The notes under the pieces: generated by a model | Told to the model about the DNA's origin: nothing | The model's input: the letters and a program-made list of their open reading frames with translations, nothing else | Database searches by the model: none | Part shown: positions 20,004 to 28,952 of the stretch, in pieces | Position numbering within the stretch: the stretch's first letter is position 1 | Layout: each line of letters opens with the position of its first letter | Program-made: the position numbers and the translations under genes | Assembly (NCBI GenBank): GCA_041859945.1 | Contig: JBFLGC010000008.1 | Span: 1,746-65,745, forward strand | Length of the DNA: 64,000 nt | Direction of reading: 5' to 3' | DNA from: Tetragenococcus sp. | Lineage (GTDB): Bacteria > Bacillota > Bacilli > Lactobacillales > Enterococcaceae

Positions 20004-21377
20004 TTATTGTTGATAGGGCACATGGTCAGCGTAATCGGCCTTATTGACTTGTCTAGCACGAGCAATCGCCAGTGTGTTTTGCGGCACATCATCGGTAATC
20101 GTCGAGCCAGCGGCGGTACAACTATTCGGTGCAATCGTTAACGGTCCGATCAAATTCGTTCCTGAACCAATAAAGCTGTGGTCACCGACTGTCGTGTGAT
20201 GTTTATTTTTGCCATCGTAATTCACAAAAACTGTACCACAGCCGACATTGATGTCTTTGCCGAGGGTGGCATCACCGACATAGGTCAAATGTCCCACTTT
20301 GGTATGTGGGCCGATCTCTGCTTTTTTCACTTCGACAAAATTACCGATATGCGCTTTTTCCCCGATATCGGCTTGTGGTCGTAAATGAGCAAAAGGACCG
20401 ACATCGGCTCCCTTGCGAACGATACTTTCTTCGATCACCGAAGCTTTGACGGTGACATTATCTTCGATCGTACTATCGACGATTTGCGATTGAGCCGTGA
20501 TGACACAATTCTCTCCGATCACAGTGTCTCCTTTCAAGTAAACGCCGGGCTCAATGACCGTCTCGGCACCGATTTTAACATCAGCGTCGATATAAGTTGC
20601 CGCCGGATCGATAAAAGTGACCCCATTATACATGTGCCTCCGATTGATTCGGTCCCGCATGATTTTATTGGCTTGAGCCAAAGCTACTCTGTCATTGACA
20701 CCAAGTGATTCATTAAAATCAGGTGTTTGATAAGCCGCAATATTCAAGCCTGCTTCTTTCAAAATACTGATGATATCGGTCAAATAATATTCGCCTTGCG
20801 CATTATTGGTCGTTACTTTGTTCAATGCCTCAAACAACACTTCATTATCAAAACAATAAGTTCCCGTGTTGATTTCTTGGACACGAGTTTCTTCGATCGA
20901 GGCGTCTTTTTGTTCAACGATACGGTCCACGATTCCAACATGATCACGTAAAATACGTCCGTAACCAGTAGGATCTTCGGCATGTGCAGTCAAGATCGTC
21001 GCTGCGGCCTTTTTACCTTGGTGGTAATCAAACAAGTTATCTAAGGTTTGACTAGTAAGTAGTGGTGTATCGCCACTGATGACCAAAGTCGTGCCCTTTT
21101 TCCCTTTTAAAAATTTGGCAGCTTGTAAAACCGCATGACCAGTCCCTAATTGTTCGGCTTGTAGCGCATAGTCACAACGGTCATCCAATTGTTCTTTTAC
21201 CTTATCAGCGCCGTGACCGACGATTGTCACGATTTTATTTGGTTTGATTTCTTCGACGCGTTCAATAATGTGCTCGACCATTGGCTTGCCACAGACAGGA
21301 TGAAGGACCTTATAAAGGCTTGATTTCATACGAGTACCCTTGCCAGCTGCCAAAATAATAGCATATCGTTCGCTCAT
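20004..21377 (-). CDS. glmU: bifunctional GlcNAc-1-P uridyltransferase / GlcN-1-P acetyltransferase
   Basis: Start at [19 protein letters not shown] with a GGAG ribosome-binding site. N-terminal nucleotidyltransferase domain plus a C-terminal left-handed beta-helix of hexapeptide repeats. Confidence 0.9.
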   Translation of the reverse strand: MSERYAIILAAGKGTRMKSSLYKVLHPVCGKPMVEHIIERVEEIKPNKIVTIVGHGADKVKEQLDDRCDYALQAEQLGTGHAVLQAAKFLKGKKGTTLVISGDTPLLTSQTLDNLFDYHQGKKAAATILTAHAEDPTGYGRILRDHVGIVDRIVEQKDASIEETRVQEINTGTYCFDNEVLFEALNKVTTNNAQGEYYLTDIISILKEAGLNIAAYQTPDFNESLGVNDRVALAQANKIMRDRINRRHMYNGVTFIDPAATYIDADVKIGAETVIEPGVYLKGDTVIGENCVITAQSQIVDSTIEDNVTVKASVIEESIVRKGADVGPFAHLRPQADIGEKAHIGNFVEVKKAEIGPHTKVGHLTYVGDATLGKDINVGCGTVFVNYDGKNKHHTTVGDHSFIGSGTNLIGPLTIAPNSCTAAGSTITDDVPQNTLAIARARQVNKADYADHVPYQQ

Positions 21378-21478
21378 GTATCTCAACTCCATTTTCTTTT
21401 ACGGTTTAATTGCTTTTTAAGTGTAGCCCAATGTCAAGAAAATTTCAACCACATGAGCAAATTTTAACTATACCAATT

Positions 21479-21877
21479 TCAACGATAAAATTCCGCAATT
21501 TCTTTTTTAGCAGCTTCTAATGAGTCTGAAGCATGGACTAAATTCTGTGTTTTATTTAGACCAAAGTCGCCGCGTAAGGTCCCCATTTCTGCTTCTAATG
21601 GATCAGTAGCGCCCACTAATTGGCGTACCTTTTTAATGGCATCTTCCCCTTCCAAAACAATGATCACGACCGGTCCAGACATCATATATGCCACCAATTC
21701 AGTAAAGAAAGGCTTGGCTTTCAAATGCTCATAATGTTCATCTAGCAATTCTTTTGATAGCGTTGTCAGTTTCATCTGTACGATTTTTAAATCCTTATCT
21801 TCAAAGCGTTGAATGATCCGCCCCACTAACTGCCGTTTGACGCCATCTGGTTTGATAATAACTAAAGTTGCTTCCAT
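21479..21877 (-). CDS. ndk: nucleoside diphosphate kinase
   Basis: 132 aa. Begins MEATLVIIKPDGV, contains ..NLVHASDS.. with the active-site His. Confidence 0.85.
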   Translation of the reverse strand: MEATLVIIKPDGVKRQLVGRIIQRFEDKDLKIVQMKLTTLSKELLDEHYEHLKAKPFFTELVAYMMSGPVVIIVLEGEDAIKKVRQLVGATDPLEAEMGTLRGDFGLNKTQNLVHASDSLEAAKKEIAEFYR

Positions 21878-22207
21878 AAGTTACCGCTTCCTTTCCTCTA
21901 TACTTCACTTCTTAGTTTAACCTAAATATTCAGAAAAAGATATCCCCAACTTATCAAAAAGAAGGATCGGCTAAAGACCGGATTTATTAGTCTAACGCCC
22001 ATCTTTTGTACCAATAGTCGCTTGATCGTCATACATTCCTGCTTATGGATTCTTGGCGCCTTTCATGCCGTCATAGGCACTCCCTTTTCGATTTCGGGTG
22101 TCTTTCTTTTCATCCCACCTTGAACTTATTTCTAGAGTCCTTCTCACCAATAAAATTGACCTGTACTCTCCTGCTCAACACCAACACGCTATACTTCCTT
22201 AATAGTC

Positions 22208-22244
22208 AGAAAAAACGAGGCTGAAAAAATCAGCCTCGCAAGTT
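22208..22244 (-). terminator. terminator downstream of purR
   Basis: GAGGCTGA ttttttc AGCCTC followed by U6 on the minus strand. Confidence 0.6.
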
Positions 22245-23063
22245 TTAATCATCAAAATAAGTTCCCGGTACCACGGAGATCGTTTTGGTTTGTGTATTGA
22301 CATCTTCCACATAAAGCAATGAATCATAGTCAGTCACGATGCGTTTGCCTTTGAAATTCGCTTCTGCAAAAACCGTGACACCAACTAATTCTGCTTCAAA
22401 TTCATGGATCAGGCTTTGCATGCCGTTGACTGTCCCGCCGCCTTTCATGAAATCATCCACGACTAAGACACGTGAGCCCCGCTTTAAGCTACGTTTGGAC
22501 AATTCCATTTTTTCAATACGTTCTGAAGAGCCCGACACATAATTGACGCTGACAGTAGAGCCTTCTGTGATTTTAGAATCACGCCGGACGATCACGAAAG
22601 GAACATTTAAATAATAGGAAACAGCTTGAGCGATCGGAACGCCTTTGGTAGCTACCGTCATGACAGCATCAATTTTCTTTTCGACATATTTAGAAGCAAT
22701 GATCCTGCCGACCTGACGCAACAACTGCGGTTCGCCTAAAAGATCTGATAGATACACATAGCCTCCAGGTAACAGACGATCTTGTTCAGATAAACGTTGC
22801 GCCAAATTTTCGATATAAGCATGGGCTTCTTCTCTGCCAATGACCGGGATAAAGATCACTCCCCCAGCCGCTCCTGGCAAGGTCTCTAAGATGCCTGTCC
22901 CTCTTTCTTTAAAGGTCTTTTTGACGATCCCTAGGTCTTCACTGATAGAAGATTTAGCAGATTCATAGCGTTTCGCAAAAAATGTCAACGAAATCAATTC
23001 ATGGGGATGTTCTAACAGATAATGGGTCATATCGACCAATCGCTCGCTTCGACGGACTTTCAA
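22245..23063 (-). CDS. purR: purine operon repressor PurR (N-terminal PurR DNA-binding domain plus PRT domain)
   Basis: Start reassigned to a TTG. The protein then begins MKVRRSERLVDMTHYLLEHPHELISLTFFAKRYESAKSSISEDL, colinear with B. subtilis PurR (MKFRRSGRLVDL..). A GGAG ribosome-binding site lies 8 nt upstream of the TTG. The track ORF carries a 49-aa upstream extension with no homology. Confidence 0.85.
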   Translation of the reverse strand: MKVRRSERLVDMTHYLLEHPHELISLTFFAKRYESAKSSISEDLGIVKKTFKERGTGILETLPGAAGGVIFIPVIGREEAHAYIENLAQRLSEQDRLLPGGYVYLSDLLGEPQLLRQVGRIIASKYVEKKIDAVMTVATKGVPIAQAVSYYLNVPFVIVRRDSKITEGSTVSVNYVSGSSERIEKMELSKRSLKRGSRVLVVDDFMKGGGTVNGMQSLIHEFEAELVGVTVFAEANFKGKRIVTDYDSLLYVEDVNTQTKTISVVPGTYFDD

Positions 23064-23217
23064 ACGTGTCCACTCCTTTTCTGAAATTTTCTTTTTTTCT
23101 ATTATAAAGCTTTTCAAGAACTTTTTCGAGCATTTTCTTCCTTTTTTTGAAAATTGTTCGTCATTTATTAAAAAATGCAAAAAATAAGGTGAGAAATTTT
23201 CGTTTCTCACCCATTAT

Positions 23218-24051
23218 TTAAAGGTTGACCTGTCTTTTTCGTCGAAAGCGGATAAGCAGATACTTGATGATATTGACTACTAAAAAAAGAAAGATGAAAA
23301 CCAAAGTGATCGTTGCTCCCGGTGGTGTGTCCAGATAGAAGGAACTGGTCAACCCACTCAACATGCCGATCAGACCAAGGCCAACACTGATCAAAATGAC
23401 CGCATTGAAGCTTTTGCCTAGGCGCATACCGATCGCAGCCGGCAAAACCATGATCGCGGAAATCAGCAAGGCTCCTGCGATCGGGATCATGATCGCGATC
23501 GCGACACCGGTCAAAATGTTGAAGGCCATCGACATTTTTTGTGTCGGTAACCCATCAACAAAAGCGGTATCTTCATCAAAAGTCAGGACATACATTGGCT
23601 TTTTAAACAAGAAAAACAAAAGCGTGATCAAAGCAAAGAGAAGGCCTAAGAAAATGACTTGATTTTGTGTGATGGTAACGATCGAGCCAAATAAATAAGA
23701 TTGGATACTGACCGCCGAATTGCCACCACTACGGTTCATCAAAACCAAAGCCAAGGCAAGGCCACCTGCCATCAGGATCGCAATCGAGATCTCGGAATAC
23801 CCGCGATACATGGTCCGCAAATACTCCAGTAAAATTGCCCCTAAGACAACCACGATCAAGGTCGTAAAGGTTGGATTCAAATTCAAATAAAAACCTAAAG
23901 CGACCCCTGCTAAGGAAACATGCGACAAAGTATCTGCCATCAAAGATTGTCGTCGCAAGACCAAAAATACGCCTAGCATCGGCGCGATCCCAGCTATAAA
24001 TATGGCTGCAAGTAGAGCTCTTCTCATGAATCCATATGAAAACAACGCCAT
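23218..24051 (-). CDS. metal (Zn/Mn) ABC transporter permease, ABC-3 family (ZnuB/AdcB-like)
   Basis: 277 aa polytopic membrane protein with a perfect AGGAGG ribosome-binding site. Overlaps the upstream ATPase gene. Confidence 0.75.
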   Translation of the reverse strand: MALFSYGFMRRALLAAIFIAGIAPMLGVFLVLRRQSLMADTLSHVSLAGVALGFYLNLNPTFTTLIVVVLGAILLEYLRTMYRGYSEISIAILMAGGLALALVLMNRSGGNSAVSIQSYLFGSIVTITQNQVIFLGLLFALITLLFFLFKKPMYVLTFDEDTAFVDGLPTQKMSMAFNILTGVAIAIMIPIAGALLISAIMVLPAAIGMRLGKSFNAVILISVGLGLIGMLSGLTSSFYLDTPPGATITLVFIFLFLVVNIIKYLLIRFRRKRQVNL

Positions 24052-24704
24052 TGTGAATCCTCCTTTCGAATCAAGCGGATTTGACGATCCACATATTCCT
24101 TGATATCTTCGTGATCGTGGGTGATCATGAGCACTGCTTTATCGTGTTTATGAGCACTATGGCGCAACAAACGATAAAAATTGGTCCGTGATTCCAGATC
24201 CATACCGGTCGTTGGTTCATCTAAAATAAACAGATCCGGATCCGTCGCAAAAACCCGCGCTAAGCTGATCCGCTGCTTTTGACCACCAGATAACTCACCA
24301 ATTTTCTTTTCACGCATGTCCCACATATTGACAGCTTCTAAAGCCTTTTTGACATGCTCATGGTCCGTTTCTGTCAATTTTTTGAACCAACGATCGCGCG
24401 GATAACGTCCTGAACTGACCAATTCATAGACCGTACTAGGGAAACCAACGTTAAAAGAGGCTATTTGTTGAGGAATATAGCCCACACTGATCTTTTCACC
24501 CAAGGCATTGGTTTTAGCTATCGTGACTTGCCCTTTCGCTGGTTTTAATAAGCCTAAGGTCGCTCGGATCAAAGTGGATTTAGCCGCGCCGTTTTCACCG
24601 GTCAAGATTACGAACTCCCCATTTTCCACATGGTAACTGACATCTTCTAAGACTGGTTCGTCATCATAATAAAAAGTTAGTTTTTTTACATCGATATATC
24701 GCAA
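24024..24704 (-). CDS. metal ABC transporter ATP-binding protein (ZnuC/AdcC-like)
   Basis: TTG start with a GGAGG ribosome-binding site, giving [15 protein letters not shown]. Walker [10 protein letters not shown], signature LSGGQ, Walker B ILDEPT. Confidence 0.8.
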   Translation of the reverse strand: MRYIDVKKLTFYYDDEPVLEDVSYHVENGEFVILTGENGAAKSTLIRATLGLLKPAKGQVTIAKTNALGEKISVGYIPQQIASFNVGFPSTVYELVSSGRYPRDRWFKKLTETDHEHVKKALEAVNMWDMREKKIGELSGGQKQRISLARVFATDPDLFILDEPTTGMDLESRTNFYRLLRHSAHKHDKAVLMITHDHEDIKEYVDRQIRLIRKEDSQWRCFHMDS

Positions 24705-24717
24705 GGAAAAACCTCCT

Positions 24718-24748
24718 CTGCCTTTCTTGATAAATCGGAACACATCCG
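24718..24748 (-). promoter_or_regulatory. candidate Zur-type operator (inverted repeat AAATCGGA-n5-TCCGATTT) in the promoter of the metal ABC operon
   Basis: Minus strand reads ..gctttAAATCGGAtgtgtTCCGATTTatcaag.., resembling the Firmicute Zur box AAATCGTAATnATTACGATTT. Confidence 0.35.
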
Positions 24749-24804
24749 ATTTAAAGCAATACATAATTTACCAAAAATAAGTCCGTCCGTCAAGAAGAAA
24801 TGAT

Positions 24805-24851
24805 CGGCAAAAAAATTACCTAGGGACTACTGATGTGATCCCTAGGTAATT
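24805..24851 (-). terminator. terminator downstream of ispE
   Basis: Perfect 13-bp inverted repeat AATTACCTAGGGA..TCCCTAGGTAATT with an adjacent U-run on the minus strand. Confidence 0.65.
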
Positions 24852-24859
24852 ATGCTTGG

Positions 24860-25711
24860 TCAGCCTAGCGTCCGTACCATGTATACTTCATCGCAAAAAC
24901 CTTTCAAACCATTGACGATCCGCTGGGCGCGTGATTGTTTTTGACACAAAGCAAAAACGGTCGGACCACTGCCACTCATTAAGGCAGCATCAGCGCCATA
25001 TTTGATCATACGATCTTTGATTTGCTGTACGATCGGGTGTTTAGGAATGGTCACATCTTCCAAACTATTGCCCATATAGCGAATCATTTGTTGGTAATCT
25101 TGGGCTAAAATGGCTTGCGCCAATTGTTGCATATTTGGATGTGAGATACCTTCCAAATCGACTTGTTGAAAAATTTTACGGGTCGAGACACTCATCCGTG
25201 GTTTGACCAAAACGACCCAACACTGGGGCATGGGACGTAATGGTTGCACTTTTTCGCCTTTTCCGGCAATAAAAGCTGTCGTTCCATAAAGACAATAGGG
25301 TACATCTGTCCCTACTTCCATACCGATATCGATCAAGTCCGTCATCGGAAGATCTAACTGCCACATGCGATTCATCCCGCGCAAAGCGGCGGCACAATCG
25401 GTACTACCCCCACCAAGACCTGCTGCCACGGGGATATTTTTAGTGACGGAGATCTTGATGCCTTCCCTGATTTGATAGCGTTCTTTGACGATCGCGGCTG
25501 CTTGATAGACATTGTTACGCCTATCGACCGGTAAAAAGGCTTTATTTGACTGCACGATGATTTTGTTTTCAGCGATAGGCTCCAAAACAACGCGATCGGC
25601 CAAGTCCACACTTGACATCACCATTTCCAATTCATGATAGCCATCCTCGCGCTTGGCTAAGACATCCAAGCCAAGATTGATCTTAGCTGGCGCCTTTTCG
25701 ATTATTTCCAT
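24860..25711 (-). CDS. ispE: 4-diphosphocytidyl-2-C-methyl-D-erythritol kinase
   Basis: Start at MEIIEKAPAKINLGLDV with an AGGTGG ribosome-binding site; the track ORF starts at a GTG 4 codons earlier. GHMP-kinase motif PVAAGLGGGS. Confidence 0.85.
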   Translation of the reverse strand: MEIIEKAPAKINLGLDVLAKREDGYHELEMVMSSVDLADRVVLEPIAENKIIVQSNKAFLPVDRRNNVYQAAAIVKERYQIREGIKISVTKNIPVAAGLGGGSTDCAAALRGMNRMWQLDLPMTDLIDIGMEVGTDVPYCLYGTTAFIAGKGEKVQPLRPMPQCWVVLVKPRMSVSTRKIFQQVDLEGISHPNMQQLAQAILAQDYQQMIRYMGNSLEDVTIPKHPIVQQIKDRMIKYGADAALMSGSGPTVFALCQKQSRAQRIVNGLKGFCDEVYMVRTLG

Positions 25712-25884
25712 ATTTGTTTCCACCTACTTCGTTGAAGAGTGAGGCGCTCTTTTTTCTTATCTTTCATTTTAGCAAATTTTTAAGCTGTTGACACTTAAAA
25801 AATTCTAATGTTTATTTGCTAATCACTGCTTTTGGCCCGAATCATGTTAAACTGACTTAAAAAAAGAGAATAGTAGGCGAAAAC

Positions 25885-26493
25885 ATGACTAACGAAGAAC
25901 TACAAAAGCGCTATTTTGCTTTTGCTTTTACTGATGATTTGACCCAAAACGTCCAAACTACTTGTCAGGCTTATCGGCAAACAAATCCTGAGCTTTGGTC
26001 ACATTCCCAAGCAGTTGCAAAAGAAGCCGTTCATCTAGCACAAATCTTTGACATTGATGAACAAGCTGCTTATAGCGGTGGACTCCTTCACGATATTGGT
26101 GGGATCGTCCCTAATACAGAGCGTATCTCTTTAGCAGAAGACTTAGGGATTCCTTTGCTTCCCGAAGAACGAGCTGTACCGATGTTGATACACGCTAAAT
26201 TTTCGGCCTATTTTGCCGAGCATATCTATCATGTCGATGACCCAGGGATCCTAACAGCCATTACCTATCACACTACCTTGCATGCTTCTGCCACTGATTT
26301 AGAAAAAATCGTCTGTTTAGCTGACAAAATCAAATGGGATGCCCAAGGGACGCCTCCTTATCTTGAAGAATTACAGATTGCTCTCACTCGTTCTTTAGAT
26401 GCCGGCGCGGCATTTTTCATTGATCATCTTAGAAACGATGACCTGTTGATCGTCCATCCTTGGTTGCAAGAAGCCTATAACTTTTATAGTTAA
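25885..26493 (+). CDS. HD-domain phosphohydrolase
   Basis: 202 aa with the H..HD motif (LLHDIGG). Confidence 0.7.
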   Translation: MTNEELQKRYFAFAFTDDLTQNVQTTCQAYRQTNPELWSHSQAVAKEAVHLAQIFDIDEQAAYSGGLLHDIGGIVPNTERISLAEDLGIPLLPEERAVPMLIHAKFSAYFAEHIYHVDDPGILTAITYHTTLHASATDLEKIVCLADKIKWDAQGTPPYLEELQIALTRSLDAGAAFFIDHLRNDDLLIVHPWLQEAYNFYS

Positions 26494-26498
26494 ATTTG

Positions 26499-26531
26499 AT
26501 TTAGAAAAATGATGGCTATTCATTTTTCTAA
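26499..26531. terminator. bidirectional terminator between the HD gene and the PTS gene
   Basis: TTTAGAAAAATGA tggcta TTCATTTTTCTAAA. Confidence 0.6.
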
Positions 26532-26689
26532 ATCAATTGGCCATTGTCTGTCAGCTTAGCGACTTGCTTTTTATCCACAAAAAACAGATCCTATTTAGTC
26601 TAATACTAAATGGCACCGATAATTCTGGTTTATGGCAAAAAAATAGGGACTGCAAGCACTATTGTTACTATCCCTATTATTTTTTGCTG

Positions 26690-28675
26690 TTATCCTTTTA
26701 ATTTGACTTCGCCGATAGAATCTTGTGCTGAGACCTCGCCTGTTTTAGCGATTGTCAATTTTTCGACCTTTTCGGCATTGGTGAAGACAGTTAGGACATC
26801 CGTCTTCTTGCCAGCTTTGACGACAGCATCGAGATCCATCTCTGCTAACAAAGTAGTCGCGGTGACCTCTTCGCCTTCTTCCACATGGATCGTAAAGGGA
26901 GCGCCTTTTAATTCGACCGTATCTAAGCCCATGTGCACCAAAACTTCGGCACCACCTGGAGTCAAGATCCCCACGGCATGTTTGGTTTCAAAAATACTGG
27001 AGATTTTTCCGACTACTGGCGCATAGATCTTACTATCAGTTGGTTGTACAGCAAGCCCGTCACCCATCATTTTTTGTGAAAAGACTGGATCCGAAACGTC
27101 TTCGATCGCGATCAATTTCCCATTGACAGGTGCAAAAACTTCTTCTGTCACGCTGACTTTAGTGGTTGATTCGGTCGTTTGAGTGGCATCTTCAGTTGCT
27201 GTTGTCCCACTTACGACAAAGCCTTCCGGAGTTACCAGTTCGGGTTCGACCCGATCGTCTTTATTGAAAATATTGTACTTACGAAAGACCATAGTCAAAA
27301 TGAATGGGATTACGGCTGCGATGATCATGGCGATCAAGAAGCCTAACCAGCCAGCACCGATTTCTCCGTTGATCGATAAGATTCCCGGAAGACCACCGAC
27401 ACCGATACTATTGGCCCGCACGCCCAAAATATTATTGACCATACCAGCAAAGGCCGAACCGATCATAGCAGCGACAAAGGGATAGATATATTTAAGATTG
27501 ATCCCAAACATGGCCGGTTCAGTAACACCTAAGTAACACGAAATCGTAGCCGGGATCGACACTTGTTCTTCTTTTTCATTGCCACGGTGCAAGAAGATGA
27601 TGGCCAGTACTGCAGAACCTTGGGCAATGTTTGACAAAGCGATCATTGGCCATAAATCGGTCGTTTTATAACTTGCAATAAGTTGTAAGTCGATGGCGTT
27701 GGTCATATGATGGAGCCCGGTGATAACCAGTGGCGCGTAAAGTCCCCCAAATAGGAAACTAAACAACCAACTGATAGATGAAGACAAACCAGCATTCACG
27801 ACTTTAGCGATCAAATCACCTAACCACCAACCAACAGGACCTAAGACAACGTGAGCCGCAATGATTGTTGGCAACAAAGAAAGCAACGGTACAAAAATCA
27901 TTGAGACGGCTTCAGGAATGTGTTTCCTAAAGAATATCTCTAAATAAGCGAGTAAGAAGCCAGCCAGCATCGCCGGAATGACTTGGGCTTGGTAACCGAT
28001 CTTATCGATTTGGAAATAGCCAAAATCCCAAACTGGAATGTCAGCCGCTGCTGTCGAGGCCACATCATACGCATTTAAGAGTTGGGGCGATACCAAAGTG
28101 ATCCCCAAGACGATCCCCAACATTTGCGTCGTGCCCATTTTCCGAGTGATGCTCCAAGTGATCCCAATTGGTAAAAATTGGAAAATAGCTTCACCAGGCA
28201 GCCACAGAAAATCATTGACCCCATTCCAAAAAACTGATTTTTCGATAATTGTCGAGCCGCCAAAATCGATCCCGCCTAGAATATTCCGAAAACCTAGGAT
28301 CAACCCACCAACGATGATAGCTGGAATGATCGGTGTGAAAATCTCCGCCAACACGCCAATGACTCGTTGTAGCCAGGGTTGTTTCTTATTGGCTGCTTTT
28401 TTAGTTTCTTCTTTTGAAACCCCTTCGATTCCCGAAATCGCCGAAAATTCATTGTAAAAAGTCGCCACATCATTACCGATGATCACTTGAAACTGACCAG
28501 CGTTGGTAAACATGCCTTTGACGCTGTCGATATTGTCGATGGCGTCTTTATCCGCTTTCGATTCATCATTCAGCACGAAGCGCATCCGTGTCGCACAATG
28601 AGTAACGGCTGCAATATTTTCTTTACCACCAACATCTTTTAACAACTGCTCAGCATCTTGTTGGTACTTTCCCAT
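26690..28675 (-). CDS. PTS trehalose-specific EIIBCA (glucose-family EIIB-EIIC-EIIA fusion)
   Basis: 661 aa. EIIB active-site Cys in VTHCATRMRF, polytopic EIIC, and a C-terminal glucose-type EIIA (..VLVHMGLDTV..). Trehalose specificity is inferred from the trePP-pgmB-treR neighbourhood. Confidence 0.75.
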   Translation of the reverse strand: MGKYQQDAEQLLKDVGGKENIAAVTHCATRMRFVLNDESKADKDAIDNIDSVKGMFTNAGQFQVIIGNDVATFYNEFSAISGIEGVSKEETKKAANKKQPWLQRVIGVLAEIFTPIIPAIIVGGLILGFRNILGGIDFGGSTIIEKSVFWNGVNDFLWLPGEAIFQFLPIGITWSITRKMGTTQMLGIVLGITLVSPQLLNAYDVASTAAADIPVWDFGYFQIDKIGYQAQVIPAMLAGFLLAYLEIFFRKHIPEAVSMIFVPLLSLLPTIIAAHVVLGPVGWWLGDLIAKVVNAGLSSSISWLFSFLFGGLYAPLVITGLHHMTNAIDLQLIASYKTTDLWPMIALSNIAQGSAVLAIIFLHRGNEKEEQVSIPATISCYLGVTEPAMFGINLKYIYPFVAAMIGSAFAGMVNNILGVRANSIGVGGLPGILSINGEIGAGWLGFLIAMIIAAVIPFILTMVFRKYNIFNKDDRVEPELVTPEGFVVSGTTATEDATQTTESTTKVSVTEEVFAPVNGKLIAIEDVSDPVFSQKMMGDGLAVQPTDSKIYAPVVGKISSIFETKHAVGILTPGGAEVLVHMGLDTVELKGAPFTIHVEEGEEVTATTLLAEMDLDAVVKAGKKTDVLTVFTNAEKVEKLTIAKTGEVSAQDSIGEVKLKG

Positions 28676-28875
28676 AATGATTCCTCCTTAAAATTGTATA
28701 TACATGTACGATTACAAAAATATAATAACGTGTATGGATACAAATTGCAAGCGTTTCACACTATTTTTCAAAAAATTTTTTTTTGAAGGTTGCTCTTTCA
28801 CTGAAAAAAAGTCGAAAACAGGCTTTTTTTCTGAGGAATGTGTATTATTTTTCAATAAAAAAACAGCATTCCCAC

Positions 28876-28893
28876 TTGTAAAAGCTTTCATTT
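28876..28893. promoter_or_regulatory. candidate cre (CcpA) site in the divergent tre promoter region
   Basis: TGTAAAAGCTTTCA compared with the consensus TGWAARCGYTWNCW, one mismatch. Confidence 0.4.
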
Positions 28894-28952
28894 TCCGTTA
28901 TAATTTAATTGCCTGTATAGACAAGACAGCCATGAAAGGAGCTAAATTTCAC

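Noticed and set aside
21878-22205. 6S RNA in the ndk leader
   Set aside because: I could not identify the long closing stem and central bubble with confidence by eye. It is kept only as a generic structured-leader finding.
28704-28952. Track ORF begins at 28704, giving an 83-aa N-terminal extension on the GH65 phosphorylase (MYDYKNIITCMDTNCKRFTLFFKKFFF..)
   Set aside because: The extension is poly-F/K low-complexity sequence, spans the divergent promoter and cre site, and has no RBS. The homologous start is MTTMHL at 28953, which has an AAAGGAG site. I briefly suspected a frameshift here but it was my own misreading of line breaks, and the track frame is continuous.
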